This document shows positions 11,670-26,313 of a DNA stretch of 64,000 nt, in pieces. The number at the start of each line of letters is the position of its first letter. Positions within the stretch are counted from its first letter, which is position 1. The notes under the pieces are model-generated. The model had not been told where the DNA came from, did not search any database, and saw only the letters and a list, made by a program, of their open reading frames with translations. The stretch lies in NCBI RefSeq assembly GCF_963921235.1, contig NC_086097.1, positions 1,674,001 to 1,738,000 on the forward strand, written 5' to 3'. The DNA is from Mobula hypostoma. Lineage: Eukaryota. Both the position numbers and the translations under genes were made by a program.

Positions 11670-12420
11670 AAATTGAATTGACTTTATTTCTTACATCCTT
11701 CACACACGAGGGGTAAAAAACTTTACATTACGTCTCTATCTAAATGTGCGATGTGCAATTTATAGTAATTTGTAATAAATAGTATGCACATAGGGCAATC
11801 AATATGACATAGAAATATAATTGTATCAGCATGAATTGATCAGTCTGATGGCCTGGTGGAAGAAGCTGTCCCGGAGCCTGTTGGTCCTGGCTTCAGTGCT
11901 GTGGGACCATTTCTGGGATGGTATCAGAGGGAACAGATCATGGTTGGGGTGACTCTGGTCCCCAAAGATCCTCGGGCCCTTTTTACACACCTGTATCTGT
12001 AAACGTCATGAATAGTGGGAAGTTCACATCTACAGATGCACTGGGTTTCCGCACCACTCTCTGCAGAGTCCTGCGATTGAGGGAGGTACAGTTCCCATAC
12101 CAGGCAGTGATGCAACCAGTCAGGATGCTGTCAATTGTGTTCCTGTAGAAAGTTCTTGGAATTTGGGGACTCATGCCAAACTTCTTCAACCATCTGAGGT
12201 GAAAGAGGCTCTGTTGTGTCTTTTTCACCACACAGCCGGTATGTACAGACCACGTGAGATCCTCGATGATGTTTGTGCTGAGGAACTTAAAGCTGTTCAC
12301 CCTCTCAACCCCAGACCCATTGATGTCAATAGGGGTTAGCCCGTCTCCATTCCTCCTGTAATCCACAACCAGCTCCTCTGTTTTTGTGACATTGAGGGAG
12401 AGGTTGTTTTTGACACCACT
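11670..12420 (-). mobile_element. Rex1/Babar LINE 3' fragment
   Basis: NNLSLNVTKTEELVVDYRR...FKFLS...KKTQQSLFHLRWLKKFGMS...ILTGCITAWYG. Confidence 0.85.
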
Positions 12421-12942
12421 GAAAATGTTCCCAGAAGAGAATCCCACAATCCAGAATTTTGAAACCCTGCCTCTTAAGGTTAATTTGTAGGTTGAGTCTG
12501 TGGTGAGGAAGGCAAATGCAATGTTAGCATTCATTTCAAGAGGGCCAGAATATAAAAGCAAGGACGTAATGTTTAGACTTTATAAAGCACTGTGAGCCCT
12601 CACTTGGAGTATTTTGAGCAGGTTTGAGTCTGTTATCTTAGAAAGGATGTGCTGAAACTAGAGAGGGTTCAAAGGAGGTTTGTGAAAATGATTCCAGGAT
12701 TGAGTGGCTTGTCACATGAAGAGCGTCTGATGGCTCTGGGCCTGTATTCACCAGAATTCAGAAGAATGAGGGGTGACTCATGAAACCTATCGAACGGTGA
12801 AAGGCCTGGATAGAGTGGAGAGTGGATAGTGGTTAATAAATTAGATTCTTGATTGGTCAGGGCTTGACAAGATACGGCTGGGGGGGAGGTGGGAAAGGCA
12901 GGAGATTGGGGCTGAGAGGGAAAATGGATCAGCCATGATGAA
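12421..12942 (+). mobile_element. CR1 3' fragment (outermost host of the nest; its 3' UTR resumes at ~34987)
   Basis: Ends GGATCAGCCATGATGAA; the continuation TGAAATGGCAGAGC...GGGCCAAATGGCCTA appears at 34987-35025. Confidence 0.75.
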
Positions 12943-15900
12943 CTTTCAATCGGGGCGCCTCGAGGTGACTCATGTGGCAGCAGAACTCTCAATCGATACC
13001 ATTAAATATTCCCATTTCAGCCTGACACAGCTAAAAAGTACAACTGCTCCAAGGTCAGTACAGTTAACAAGAATTCCTTGATGCGATTAAACAAACTAGT
13101 GCTGCTTAAACCTGATGAAAACCATTCCGACTGTGGATGGACTCCTTCGATTCCACGCAGGAAACATGGCTGCAGGTCTGCCTGTGGACATGTAAGACAT
13201 AGTGTCTTTCTGTTTGCCTTTAATTTCTCCCTTTCCTGACTCAAACTTTGAAATTTTAACTTTATTCAGTTGGTTCCTGTAGAGCGACAGTTATAATTAT
13301 GTCTAACACAAGAAACACCAAAAGAAATCCTGAAGCAGGCAACGGTAAGCAAAAAAGAGCTGTCCAGACTTCATAGGAGCACCCTGGGTAAATAGATTAG
13401 AGTCTCAAATCAGCTATATCGTTACTGGATGAACTCAACTCAAAGAAAGATTTCTCCCTTTGGAGGAAAAAATTGACTCTTTGAGCCTTGATCTTAAAGT
13501 CGATACTTCTTCTCGTCTGGAAAAGGCTCAACAACGGGTGGATTTGGAGGCTCGCTCTCGTCAGAACAATATTCGAATTGTTGGATTAAAAGAGAATCGG
13601 AATGCGCCGACACACTGGACTATTTTGCTAAGGTGTTTCAATATTTATTTCTGGAGGCTTGCGTGCAACCGCCGGGGATTGAAATAGCTCATAGGGTTGG
13701 TGCTTTAAAATCCTCGGATCAAAGTAAAAACAGGCATGTTGTTGTGCGTTTTCTTCGTTTTAGAGACAAAGACCGTATCATTAAGCTTACAAGAAAACAA
13801 AGGTTGTTCAAATTTCAAAGCTCTGAGATTCATTTCTTCAAAGATTTTCCATGTGAAATTGTTGAGAAATGCTCTGGATTCGTTGCCGTAATGCGTACGG
13901 GTTATCAAAGACAGTTGCATCCATCTCTTCAACACCCAGGCTTTTCGTCAAAAATTCTGGGGTCCGTATATTTGAGGACGCAGCTGAAGCATTGCGTTTT
14001 ATTAATTCTCCCCCTGAAGAGTCTGAAGATTAAATGATTTACAATTATTTGATTGTCTGACGATGCAAGGAGTGATGAGGTCGGAAGATTTGATGGGTAT
14101 AGAAAGTCTTTGCCTTAAAATGTACTTTTATCTCTGAAATAGATTGGTTTGGATGGTTTTAACTTCAGAAGACATAATGAGGGAACTGTCGAAAGACTGT
14201 AGATAACTTTGAACCATCTAGAATTTTTCTGTTTCCAGCATTTAAATGAACTAATTGCTTTTTTGCTTTGCATGCTTTTGCTAAGAACTTTTAAGTAATT
14301 ATTTGGGTTTCTTTACATTTTAAAGATAGATTTAATAATTTAAAGTTGGCAATTGTTTTTCTCCTAAGCAAGTATTTCAAGAATTTTTTTTGGACGTGTT
14401 GTTTTTTTTCCTCTTATCTAATATTATGAAGGTTACTTTCAAAACTGAAGGTCGTTTCTAATAACTGTTTTTCAACTCAATTGTAATGAGTTGTATGTCG
14501 ACTGTAATGAGTTCTATATCCAGAAGAGGGAGACAGAGATTACGCTTTGCATTTTTACCTTTTATTCAGGCAGGTGGAGTTTATAATTGCTTCATATGCA
14601 TTCTTTGGGGCTTGCGTCGATTGATATCGACTTATTTCCGGGCTTTGTAGGTTGGGTGGGTTTTTTCCTTTTTTCTTCTCTTTTTTTTTTATCCCCATTA
14701 TGGAATTCCGGAGCGTACGCAAATCATTATTATTGTTGTTTATCTCTGCCATTCTTGACGACCTTATCCTGACATGCGTCTAACTACTTTCTTCAGATAT
14801 GAAGTCTCATGATGATATTTAAACAGTTAAATGTTTTAAGTTGGAATGTTCGTGGTTGGAATTATCCTATTAAACATAAGAAAACATTTAAAACTATTAA
14901 CCAATTCCAACCTGATATAATTTTTGCATAAGAGACGCATATCAGGTTACGTGATAAAAATCGATTTTTTTTAAATTTTGGAAGGATCCTCAGTTTCATG
15001 CAAATTCTCAAAGTAAAATTAGAGGTGTTTCCATTTTTATTGATTCCAATATTCCTTTTAACCAGGAGGATATTATATTTGATAGCAGTGGTAGATTTTT
15101 GATTGTTAAGGAGCAATTTACAACAGGAAAATGGTTTTGGTTGATATATATGGACCAAATGCTGATGATCCCTCATTCTTTAAAGATGTTTTTGCTCTAC
15201 TACCTGATCTAAATGAATATATGTTATTAATGGGTGGTGATTTTAGTACTTGTTTAAATCCTTTAATAAGTCATTATCCAACAATCAACTCCCTAATCAC
15301 TCTGCATCACTTATTCCTTTTTAATTGATTATGGCTTAATTGAAGTTTGCAGACATATGCACCCTAGTGATAGAGAATAATTATTTTTCTCACATGTTCA
15401 TAATAAATTTTCGAGAATCGACTATTTTATAGTCGACCCTCGACTCCTATCTAATGTTCAGAAATGTGAATATGATGCAATTGTTATTTCTGATTATGCT
15501 CCCTTAAACCTAATATTTGATTTGAAAGATGTTGCTTCTACAAGACCACCTTGGCATTTTCCAGAACATTTGTTACAAAGCTCAGAATTTGTTGAGTTTA
15601 TTGAAACTCAGATAAAAGAGTTTTTTCTCTTTAATAATACAGGAAACGTCTCAAAGTTAGTAATTTGGGATACATTAAAAGCTTATTTATATGGTCAGAT
15701 TATTTTGTATTTAGCTAAGCTGAAGAAACAGACAAGAATGGAATTAAATAACATTTCTAAACAAATTAAAGATTTAGATAACATCAATGCAACCTCTCCA
15801 AATGTTGATTTGTTTAAAAGAGTGGAATTACAATCACAATATAATTTATTATTAACTTATCCTATTGAAGGATATTTGTTTAAATTGAAAAGTCAGTTTT

Positions 15901-16985
15901 ATATTTTTGGGGATAAAAATAATAGGCTCTTAGCTTCCCAATTAAGGGCAGCTTGAGCTAAAAGAAAAATTTTTAATGATTCATAAAGATAATGGAGATA
16001 TAGTAAGTAATCATGAAGAAATTAATAATATTTTTCAGAATTTTTATTCTGATCTTTATAAATTCCAATTTCCTGCGGATTCCTCCAAAATGAAAGCTTT
16101 TTTACATAAGATTAAATTTCCTCAAATTACTGTTGAAGATCATCAGAGCCTTGATGCTCCAATTGTTGAGCATGAAATTCAGAAAGCTATATGGTCAATG
16201 CAGTCAGGTAAAGCTCCTGGACTCGATGGTTATTTGGTAGGATTTTACAAAAAATTTGAAAAATTACTTTCTCCATATCTTTTGGAAATATTTCATGAAT
16301 CCTTTGAGAAGGGTAATTTACCTCCTTTTTATGAAGCTTCTGTTTACTTAATCCTTAAGAAAGATAAAGATCCTACTGAATGTTCATCATATAGACCTAT
16401 TTCGCTATTAAATGTGGATGCAAAAATTCTTCCTAAGATAATGGCTAACCGTTTGGAAAATATTTTAACTAAAATCATATCTACGGATCAAACAGGCTTT
16501 ATTAAAGGCCGTTACTCTTTCTCCAATGTTCGGAGATTGACGAACATTATATACTCATCATTATCCAAGATACCCCAATGTGTTATTTCTCTTGTCGCAG
16601 AAAAGGCATTTGATAGAGTTGACCGGACATATGTGTTTAATGTATTAAAAAAATTTGGCTTTGGTAATAATTTTAATAAGTGGATTCAAATGATCTCAAA
16701 GAATCCTATTGCTACTGTTACTACTAATATTCTCAGGTCCCCTTTTTTTCACTTTCACGAGGTACTAGACAGGGATGTCCATTAAGTCCTTTACTATTTA
16801 ATCTCACACTGGAGCCTTTGGCTATAATATTCCGTGAAGCTAAAAATATTCACGGTATCTCTACAAATGGGACTATACATAAGATTTCTCTTTACGCAAA
16901 TGATCTTTTGGTTTACATTTTGAACCCTGAAGAATCTATTCCTAATCTTTTGGAAATATTAAATGATTTTGGAAAATTTTCAGGA

Positions 16986-17163
16986 ATGCTCTGCCTGAGT
17001 CAGTGGTGGAGGCAGATACACTAGTGAAGTTTAAGAGACTACTAGACAGGTACATGGAGGAATTTAAGGTGAGGGCTTATATGGAAGGCAGGGTTTGAGG
17101 GTCGGCACAACATTGTGGGCCGAAGGGCCTGTACTGTGCTGTACTATTCTATGTCCTATGTTC
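16986..17163 (+). mobile_element. Short CR1 3'-end insertion inside L1 #1
   Basis: Matches the 3' end of the CR1 copy at 50985-51150; L1 ORF2 (KFSG|YKLHLNKSE) resumes after it. Confidence 0.85.
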
Positions 17164-18424
17164 TATAAACTTCACTTAAATAAAAGTGAATTGCTCCCAT
17201 TAAATGCTCCTGTTTTTATATATAACGATATTCCATTTAGAATCGTGAATTCTTTTAAATATTTAGGTATTTTCATTACTAAAAAATATAAAGATCTTTA
17301 TAAAGCTAATGTAGTTCCTTTAATGGACTCTATGAAACAGTTATTTTCTAGATGGAACCCACTTACACTTTCTTTAATAGGTTGTATTCATGCCATGAAA
17401 ATGATGATTTTACCTAGATTTTTATATATTTTTTCAAAATATACCTATCTTTTTAACTAAAAAATTTTTGATCAAATTGATTATATTATTTCATCCTTTA
17501 TTTGGAATAATAAAAAACAAGAATTATTAAGTATCATTTACAAAAATCTAAAAAAGATGGTGGACTTGCACTTGCATTAAGATTGTATTATTGGGCTGTT
17601 AATATTCGACAATTAAATTTTTGGCTATATTGGCTTGATAAGGGCCATAAACCAGCTTGGACTGATTTGGAATTAAAAGCTATCAAACAATTTCATTTAA
17701 CTTCATTATTAGGAGCTCCATTACCTTTACAACTTACTAAAATTCCAAATTTAAATCTCTACCCTGTTATTAAACAGTCCTTACAGATTTGGTTTCAGTT
17801 TCGCAACTCTTTTAATTTTAAACAATTTAAATTGTCTAGCTCTTTATATCGAAATTTTCTATTTAAACCTTCAATGACTGATCCCATTTTTCTCTTGTGG
17901 AGAAATAAGGGGATTTGTTTTTTTTGCAGATTTATTTTGTGATGGTCAATTGATGACTTTTGAAGAGTTAATCAGCAAATATTCTCTCTCTCATACACAC
18001 TTCCTGCAGTATCTTCAGGTTAGACATTTTTTCCGAAGCTACTTATTTAAGTTTCCATATATGCAAGAATCTGATTGGTTGGATACTATTTTGAATATGA
18101 ATCCTTTCAGTGAGAGGTTCCATTGGTAGAATTTATAATTTATTTTTACTACAAAAAGATAACCTCTCACTAAAGATTAAACAAGATTGGGAGAGAGAAC
18201 CTTTGTTAATAAAAGATTGGTTGCGAATTCTGAAGATGGTCAATTCTTCTTCGATATGTGCCAATCACTGTTTAATTCAATTTAAAATTGTTCACCGTTA
18301 TTATTTAACAAAGGAGAGACTATCCAAACTATTTCCTAACATACACAATTATTGTGATAGGTGTAGAACTGAAGTAGCCATGTTGTCACATATGTTCTGG
18401 TCAAGTTCTTCATTAAAATCTTTC

Positions 18425-19056
18425 TGGCGGGAGGAGAGAAAGCAGCGCACCGCGTGTGCGCAGCCCTCCAGTGAAAAATGATATCGTATCTGTTAAATAG
18501 GGGCTGTGGACAATTCTGATTTGATGGAGAATGGACGTGAAAGCACAGAGGAACATCTGGAGAAATTTCTGAAACACTTGTTCGCTGCTGTTGTTACTGT
18601 GTGGTCGGGAATCTTTTGGAGGGAAGGCCTCAAAATCCCCGGTTTTGCCTGCTGTTGGTGACCAAGGAGGAGGTCGAACTGTTCGGATAGAGATGGCGCT
18701 CAGTACTCGGTGTCGGAGAGCTGATCAAAACTCGAAGTTTTCGGATGACTCAGAGTCAGATTGTGGTCGGCATGGCAGGGAGGGTTTTCCTTCCTTCTCC
18801 CGTCTGCGTGAGATGTGGGACATTTGAGAGACTTTGAACTTTACTGTGCTCATGGACTTCTTCATCAAGTTATGGTATCGTTGCACTGTTGTAACCATAT
18901 GTTATAATTATGTGGTTTTGTCAGTTTTTTCAGTCCTGGTTTGTCCTGTGTTTTGTGATATCACACCGGAGGAAATATTGTATCATTTCTTAATGCATGC
19001 ATTACTAAATGACAATAAAAGAGGACTACATGTCTCCATAATCTAAATCTAAATCT
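18425..19056 (+). mobile_element. ~640-bp non-autonomous retroposon, copy 1 (subtype A)
   Basis: Homologous along its length to 43085-43717, 60340-60990 and 20941-21600(-); (AAATCT)n tail. Confidence 0.8.
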
Positions 19057-20850
19057 TTATTTTCTACAATTTCTAAAGCTCCAAAAATTAATTTACAACC
19101 TTATACATTGACTGTTCTATTGGAATAGTTCCACATCATATTCAGGGTATTTCATCCTCAGACCAACATGTAATTGCATTTGTTACACTGTTGGCAAGAA
19201 GGGCTATTTTATTGAAATGGAAAGATACCTCTGTCCCTATATATATATAGATGATTGTAAAACGTAGTGCTCTGGGAGTTGGTTCCTAATGGGTTTTTTC
19301 CTCTTTTTTTTTTCTTTTTCTTTCTCTTGTAGTTAGTGGGGTTTTTTTCTTTTAGTTAGTTGGGGTTCTCTTTTTTCCTTCTTTTCTTTATAAAAAATAA
19401 TTTTTAAATTATCATATATTATTCTTTTTTGTTAAGTTTTTTTTCAGCTTTATTCACTGTATATATATCAACTTGTTGAAGTCTTGTATCATTTTATAGC
19501 TGTAGAAGATTATGTATCAATAAAAAGATTTTTAAAATGAAAATGAAACGTGGCTGCAGGTCAGGGATACAAGTGCGATTAAGGAAACAGGGTTTTAAAC
19601 TCCCAATACCAACCATCTTGCTGGCAAACGGCAGTCTCTGGTGAATAAAATCGATGATCTCAGAGCCAGGGTGCTGAATCAGAGGGACATTAGGACCACG
19701 TGTGTCCTTTGTTTGACGGAATCCTGGTTAACCTCTTCCATACTGGATGCAGCAATTCAGATCGACAGGTTTACTATACACCATCAGGATAGATCTACAG
19801 AGTCTCTCAAAAGCAGAGGTGGAGGAGTATGCCTCATGATCAACTCTTCTTGGTGCAGAAATATATCAGTGCTGTCCCAGTTCTGTTCACCAGACCTAGA
19901 ATATCTAGCAGTAAAGTGCCGTCCTTTTTACCTACTGTGGGAGTTCTGCAAGGTCATTTTGGTAGCAGTATACATTCCACCTCAGGATCAATATCAACCA
20001 GACTTTAGATGATCTGAGCAATGGGATCAACATGCACAAAACAGCGCACCCTAACACCTTCACTAGTTTTGGGAGATTTTAACCAGTTCAGTCTGAAAAA
20101 ATTACTAAGCAACTACCATCAACAGATCACTTGCAATACCAGAGGAAGCAACACACTGGACCATTGCTACACCACCATCAAAAATGCCTACCGTGCTATT
20201 CCACACCCTCACTTCGGGAAGTCCGATCACCTGGCTGTAATTCTACTGAGTACAGACAGAGACTGAAGACTGCAGCACCAGTAGTGAGGACCAAGAAGGT
20301 ATGGACAAGGGAAGCACAGGAGCACCTACAGGACTGCTTTGAATTGGTGGACTGGACTGTATTCAGGGATTCATCTTCGAATCTGGATGAGTATGCTGCA
20401 GATGTTACCGACTTCATTAAAACCTGTGTGAATGAGTGTGTGCCTACAAAGACTTACTGTACATTCCCAAACCAAAAGCCATGGATGAACCAGGAGGTAT
20501 GTCGACTCCTGAAGGCTAGATCTGTGGCATTCAAGTCTGGCGACGCAGGCCTGTACCAGAAAACCAGGTATGATTTGCGGAGGGCTATCTCAAGGGCAAA
20601 GAGACAATTTTGAATGAGGTTGGAGGTGACATCGGATGTATGACAACTCTGGCAGGGTTTGCAAGACATTATTTCCAACAAAGTGAAGCCCAATAACATG
20701 AATGCTTCACTACCTGATGACCTCTTTGCCTTCTATGCCCGCTTTGAAAAGGAGAACACAACTACAGCTGTGAAGATCCCTGCTGCACCTGATGACCCCG
20801 TGATCTCTGTCTCAGAGGCCGATGTTAGACTGTCTTTAAAGAGTGAACCC

Positions 20851-23800
20851 AGGTTCCAGTGATGTCATCGTCCAGAATGGCAGCTTAAATCAATAGCTCC
20901 TCTGGAAAAATGCATAATTTTGCCACATTAATCCATTAAATAGATTAGATTAGATTAGATTATGAAGACATGTAGTCCCCTTTTATTGTCATTTAGTAAT
21001 GCATGCATAAAGAAATGATACAATGTTTTTCCAGAATGATATCACAGAAACACATGACAAACCGACTGAAAAAGTGACAAAAACCACATAATTATAACAT
21101 ATAGTTACAACAGTGCAAAGCAATACCGTAATTTGATAAGAACAGACCATGGCACAGTAAAAGTCTCAAAGTTTCTCGAAAGTCCCATCATCTCACACAG
21201 ACGGTAAACCTCCAGCGCTGCAAACTTGCCAATGCAGCATCCCGGAAGCATCCGACCACAGACCGACTCCGACTCCATCCGAAAACTCTGAGCCTCCAAC
21301 CACCTATTCGACACCGAGCATCGAGCACCATCTCTGCCGAGCGCTTTGACCCCGGCCCCGGCAACAGGCGATACGCAAAGCCGAGGATTTGGGGCCTTTG
21401 TCTCCGGAGATTCTGGATCGCACAGTAGCAGCCGCAGCGAAGCAGGCATTTCAGAAGTTTCTCCAGATGTTCCTCCATGCTCCTTCACATCTGTCTCCAT
21501 CAAATCAGGATTGTGCACGGCGTCCTACTTCACAGATACGATATCATTCGGAACGACCGCGCGCACTGCGTCACGCTGCCATCTTCTCCTCCCTCCTGCA
21601 GCCAATTATAAATATAAGATCTTTCGGAAATATCTGAATTGATAAGGGGGGCAAGAATGGGGGAAAAGAATGGAGATTAAAAAAACATCACTGTGGAGCC
21701 TATGGAAGGGAGAGGTGCAACACACAGCTCTCCTCGTGCGTGTGGCGGCGAGGCTGACATGGGGCCTCGTTCGGGCAAAGTGGTAAATATGATAAAGATT
21801 CTGGAAGAGATAAGGGAAGTCCAAAAAGATATAAAACAGCAACTAAATGATATCAAGTCAGAGCTCGCCAATGTCAATCAGAAAATAGTGGTGGCAGAGA
21901 CTCGAATTGAGAAGGTGGAAGATCGCGTGCAAAACGTGGAACAGATACTAAGTAAGACGGTAGGAGGGGCTATCCCCCACGGCTAGACGTTTCTTCTAGC
22001 CCAACTCAGAGATCCCAGCCTTGGAATCACACCTTCGTTACCTTTTTTTTATTATTCGCTTTTCTTGGTTCTTATTTGTTCAGGGAGTAGATTGATTAAG
22101 TTATATTCGGCAAATTTCAATGATATACTAACAGATAAATACACATGGCTAAGGACAAAATAAAATTAATTTCTTTTAATGTCAATGGGCTGTTGAATCC
22201 AGTCAAATGCAGTAAAATTCTATCAAAAATGAGAAAAGAATAAACCCATGTAGTATATTTACAGGAAACTCACTTAAGTGACAATGAGCATGGAAAATTA
22301 AAGAGAATGGGCTTCACTAATTTGTTTTTCTCCTCATATAAATCAGGACATAGAAGAGGAGTTGCTATTCTCATCTCAAGCCAGCTAAATTGTGAAAAAG
22401 TATGCGAAATGGAAGATAAGGAGGGCAGATATATTTTGGTAAGGGGGAATATGGATGGAAATTCAGTTACTCTATTGAATATATACGCACCCCCAGGAAA
22501 TGATATTGATTTCTTTCAGAAAACTTCTAATATTGTGGTAATGGAAACAGAAGGTCTCTTGATATGTGGGGGAGACTTAAATTTACAATTACAACCAAAG
22601 TTAGACTCTTCCAATAGAAAAAATTATGAAACAAAATCCTTACATAAGAATACACTTTTTGAGGATGTTGGTTTAATTGATATATGGAGGGACCTTTTCC
22701 CAGACAGAAGGGGTTACACTCATTATTCTGCCCCCCATTCTGTATTTACAAGAATAGACTATTTCATAACAGTTGGAATAAACAAAGACAAAATAAACAC
22801 CTGTGGAATTGGGACAATAGATGTAAGTGACCATGCACCTATATATTTATCTGTTGATTTTGACCTACAACTAAAAAATATTATTTGGAAACTAAATTCA
22901 TATCTACTCAATGATCCCTACTTTAAGGAACAAATTAAAAAAGAAATTGGTCTTTACTTAGAATTCAATGATAATGGAGAGGGTTTCACCTCCCATTCTA
23001 TGGGATACTCTGAAGGCTGTCTTAAGAGGGAAAATTACAGCGATATCTTCATATAAGAAAAAAAATAAGGAATAAAGCATTAGAGGAATTACAAAATAAG
23101 CTGAAGGAACTAGAAAAAAACAGAAATTAAGTTTGGCACAGGATACACTGGAGGAAATTTTAAAAATTAGGAATTAAATTAATAGTTTGGATCCACAAGA
23201 AATCAGAAAATTTAATGTTTCTGAAACAGAGACACTATGAAAGTGGATCTAAATCTATGAAAATACTGGCTTGGAAACTGAAAAAAAGATAGCAGAAAAT
23301 ACAATTCATAGAATTAGGGATCCAAGAACAAAAGTGATTAAAAAAATAAGCTAAGTGAAATTCAAGAAGCTTTTGAAATGTTTTACAAAACTCTATATTC
23401 CAAAGTTCCAGGGGGAAGCATAACCCAAATTGACACCTTCCTGAATTCTTTATAGTTACCCACTCTAAGTAAAGAACAAAATAGAACGATGACTGCTGAC
23501 ATAACTGAAGCTGAACTAAAAACTGCAATTAGTGGGCTTAAGTTAAGCAAGTCACCAGGATCAGATGGATATACAGCAGAGTGGTATGAAGAGTTTAGAA
23601 GTGAGTTAATTCCTGTTTTACTCCCCACACTGAACTGGGTCCTAAGAAAGGCTCAAATGCCCCCCAGCTGGAAGGAGGCGATAATCTCAGCTACACTGGG
23701 CGAAGGCAAGGATAAAATGGAATGTGGGTCATTTCGACCAATATCTGTTCTTAATGTGGATTATAGAATATTTACTTCCATTATGGCCAAACAATTAGAA

Positions 23801-26150
23801 GAGTTTCTATCCACACTGATACATAATGATCAGACGGGTTTTATACAACAACGCCAAACACAAGACAATATACGAAGGACACTTCACATTATGGGTCATA
23901 TTAAAAAAAATGAAATTGAAGCAGTAGTGATAAGCGTGGACGCTGAAAAGGCATTTGATTCAGTTATTTGGAATTTTCTTTACAGAGTTTTACATAGATT
24001 TGGTCTACATGACACAATTATTAAAACTATACAGGCACTATACGACAATCCTACTGCCAGGATTAAAATCAATGGATATTTATCTAATAGCTTTACCCTA
24101 GAAAGGGGCACGAGACAGGGTTGTGCATGGTCACCGCTACTCTTCACATTATACCTGGAACCATTCGCTCAATACATCAAACAAAATGAAGATATCAGGG
24201 GAATTACTATTAAAGGGACAGGGCATAAATTGGCCTGTTACGTGGATGACATTTTGATCTATCCAGGGCAATCAACATACTGTTTATCTAAATTGATGCA
24301 ATCCTTTGAACAATATGGCCAATTATCAGGATACAAGATCAACATAGATAAAAATCCAACTACTTTCATATAACTATAGCCCACCAAGAGAAATTGAAAG
24401 TAGATATCCTTGGGCATGGCAAACAGAGTCCGTCAAATATTTGGGCATCACTATGCCAAAAGATTTGGTAAAATTATCAGAATGCAATTATCAGCCTATA
24501 TATATAAAAATTAAGGAAGATATAACGAGATGGAGCCTAATTCCTTTTTTTAGTCTCAGTTCAAAGATTGAATCTATTAAAATAAATATACTGCCCAGAC
24601 TACTATATCTCTTTCAGACCCTACCAATAGAGATTAACCAAAATCAATTCAATGGATGGAACAAGATGCTATCAAGATATATATGGCAAGGTAAAAGGCC
24701 TAGAATTTGTCTCAAAACTTTGCAATTAGCCAAGGAAAAGGGGGAGGGGGATGGGGTCTACCTTCTCTTAGAGATTACTATTTTGCAGCACAGTTGAGAG
24801 CTGTGATATGCTGGTGCAACCCATCGTATGACGCTCAATGGAAAAACATTGAGGAGAGGATACTTTCCATCCCCATACAGGCAATTTTGGCTGATAACAA
24901 CGTACAAAGTTACATAAATAATATTGACAACCCATGGGTGCAATGTACTCTTAAAATATGGGAAACTATTATTAAAGAATATAAACTAGAGGGAGACATC
25001 GCAATTCTTAAATGGTGTGCATATGACTCAGATTTTACGCCGAATAAACTGGATGCTAGATTTAAGGACTGGACAGCTAAAGGAATAACAGCTATTTGCA
25101 ATATAATGAAAGGAGGAACACTGTTCAGTTTTGAAATGCTCAAAGAGAAACACTTATTAGAAAAACAAAACTTTTACTGGTATGTTAGTAGGACGGTAAA
25201 AAATGTAACCAAGGCAAATACATGTCTGATAGAGTGATTTAGAAAAGTATATAATTCAGACGATGGTAGTAGAATCATTTCAAGCTTGTATAAGGGTTTG
25301 TCAAATCTTAAAACACGTTTGACTTCATACATTAAAACAAAATGGGAGAAGGAAGGAGGGATAATAATATCTGAGGAAGAATGGACAATAATATGGAGGT
25401 ATCAATGGAAGTGTACCAGTTCACAGAAATGGAGGGAATTTGGGTGGAAAAACTTGATAAGGTATTTTATTACACCCTCTCAGAAATCCCATTATGATAG
25501 TAACCCCGCCCCGCCCCCGTTTGCTGAAGAAATTGTGGAAATCAAAATGCAAACCATTATCATATTTTCTGGGAAAGCCCCGTTATCAAAGACTATTGGA
25601 GTGGGATACATAATGCCCTACAAGACATCTTTAAATGTGAAATACCCTCGGAAAGTAAGACCATACATTTTGGGTACATATCTCAAGAATGGTTGAAAAG
25701 AGATAAATATTTAATGAATATACTGCTGGCGGCTGGTAAAAAGACCCTCACCAGGAAATGGTTATCTCCGGAGAGCCCAACTTTAAATGTATGGATGGAA
25801 ATTACAATGGATATTTACAAAATGGAGAAGATAACAGCATCTGTTAATCATAAGTTGGAACAATTTTATTCATACTGGAAAAAAATGGTTTATCTACATA
25901 ACACCTCATAGGGCTGATTTTATTCTCACAAGTCAATGAATATGTTGTAAAAAAAAATCACTCCCTACTCTGTACATAGTTTTCTTCTTTCCATTGTTCT
26001 TTCTTTCCTCTCCTTTCTATAAGTGTATACCTCAGATGTGGAGATTTGTGACAAATATGATTATATGATATATATGTACAGTATCTGAAATACATCTTAT
26101 GGAAATGTTTGTTTGATGATGAAATTCAATAAAAAAAAATAAATAAAGAG
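20851..26150 (+). mobile_element. L1/Tx1-clade LINE #2 (ORF1 largely deleted at ~21960; ORF2 ~22145-25910)
   Basis: Endonuclease motifs LLNIYAP, GGDLN, SDHAPI; RT motifs KSPGSDG, RGTRQGC, YVDD; A-rich tail at 26128-26147; TSD GAGTGAACCC at 20841-20850 and 26150-26159. Confidence 0.92.
20941..21600 (-). mobile_element. ~640-bp non-autonomous retroposon, copy 2 (subtype B), inside the 5' UTR of L1 #2
   Basis: Reverse complement begins TGCAGGAGGGAGGAGAAGATGGC and ends GACAATAAAAGGGGACTACATGTCTTCA(TAATC)n. Confidence 0.8.
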
Positions 26151-26313
26151 AGTGAACCCTTGTAAGGCGGAAGGTCCCGATGGAGTACCTGGTAAGGCCC
26201 TGAAAACCTGTGCCAACCAACTAGCGGGAGTATTCAAGGACATCTTCAACCTCTCACTGCTACGGGCGGAAGTTCCCACTTGCTTCAACAAGGCATCAAT
26301 TATACCAGTTCCT

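Larger units (their letters stand above)
13179..19544 (+). mobile_element. L1/Tx1-clade LINE #1 (ORF1 ~13300-14037, decayed ORF2 ~14820-19240)
   Basis: ORF1 DLEARSRQNNIRIVGL and EIAHRV; ORF2 GKAPGLDG, YRPISLLNVDAK, DQTGFIKGR, C..C zinc knuckle; AATAAA. 18-bp TSD GAAAC(A/G)TGGCTGCAGGTC at 13161-13178 and 19545-19562. Confidence 0.92.
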
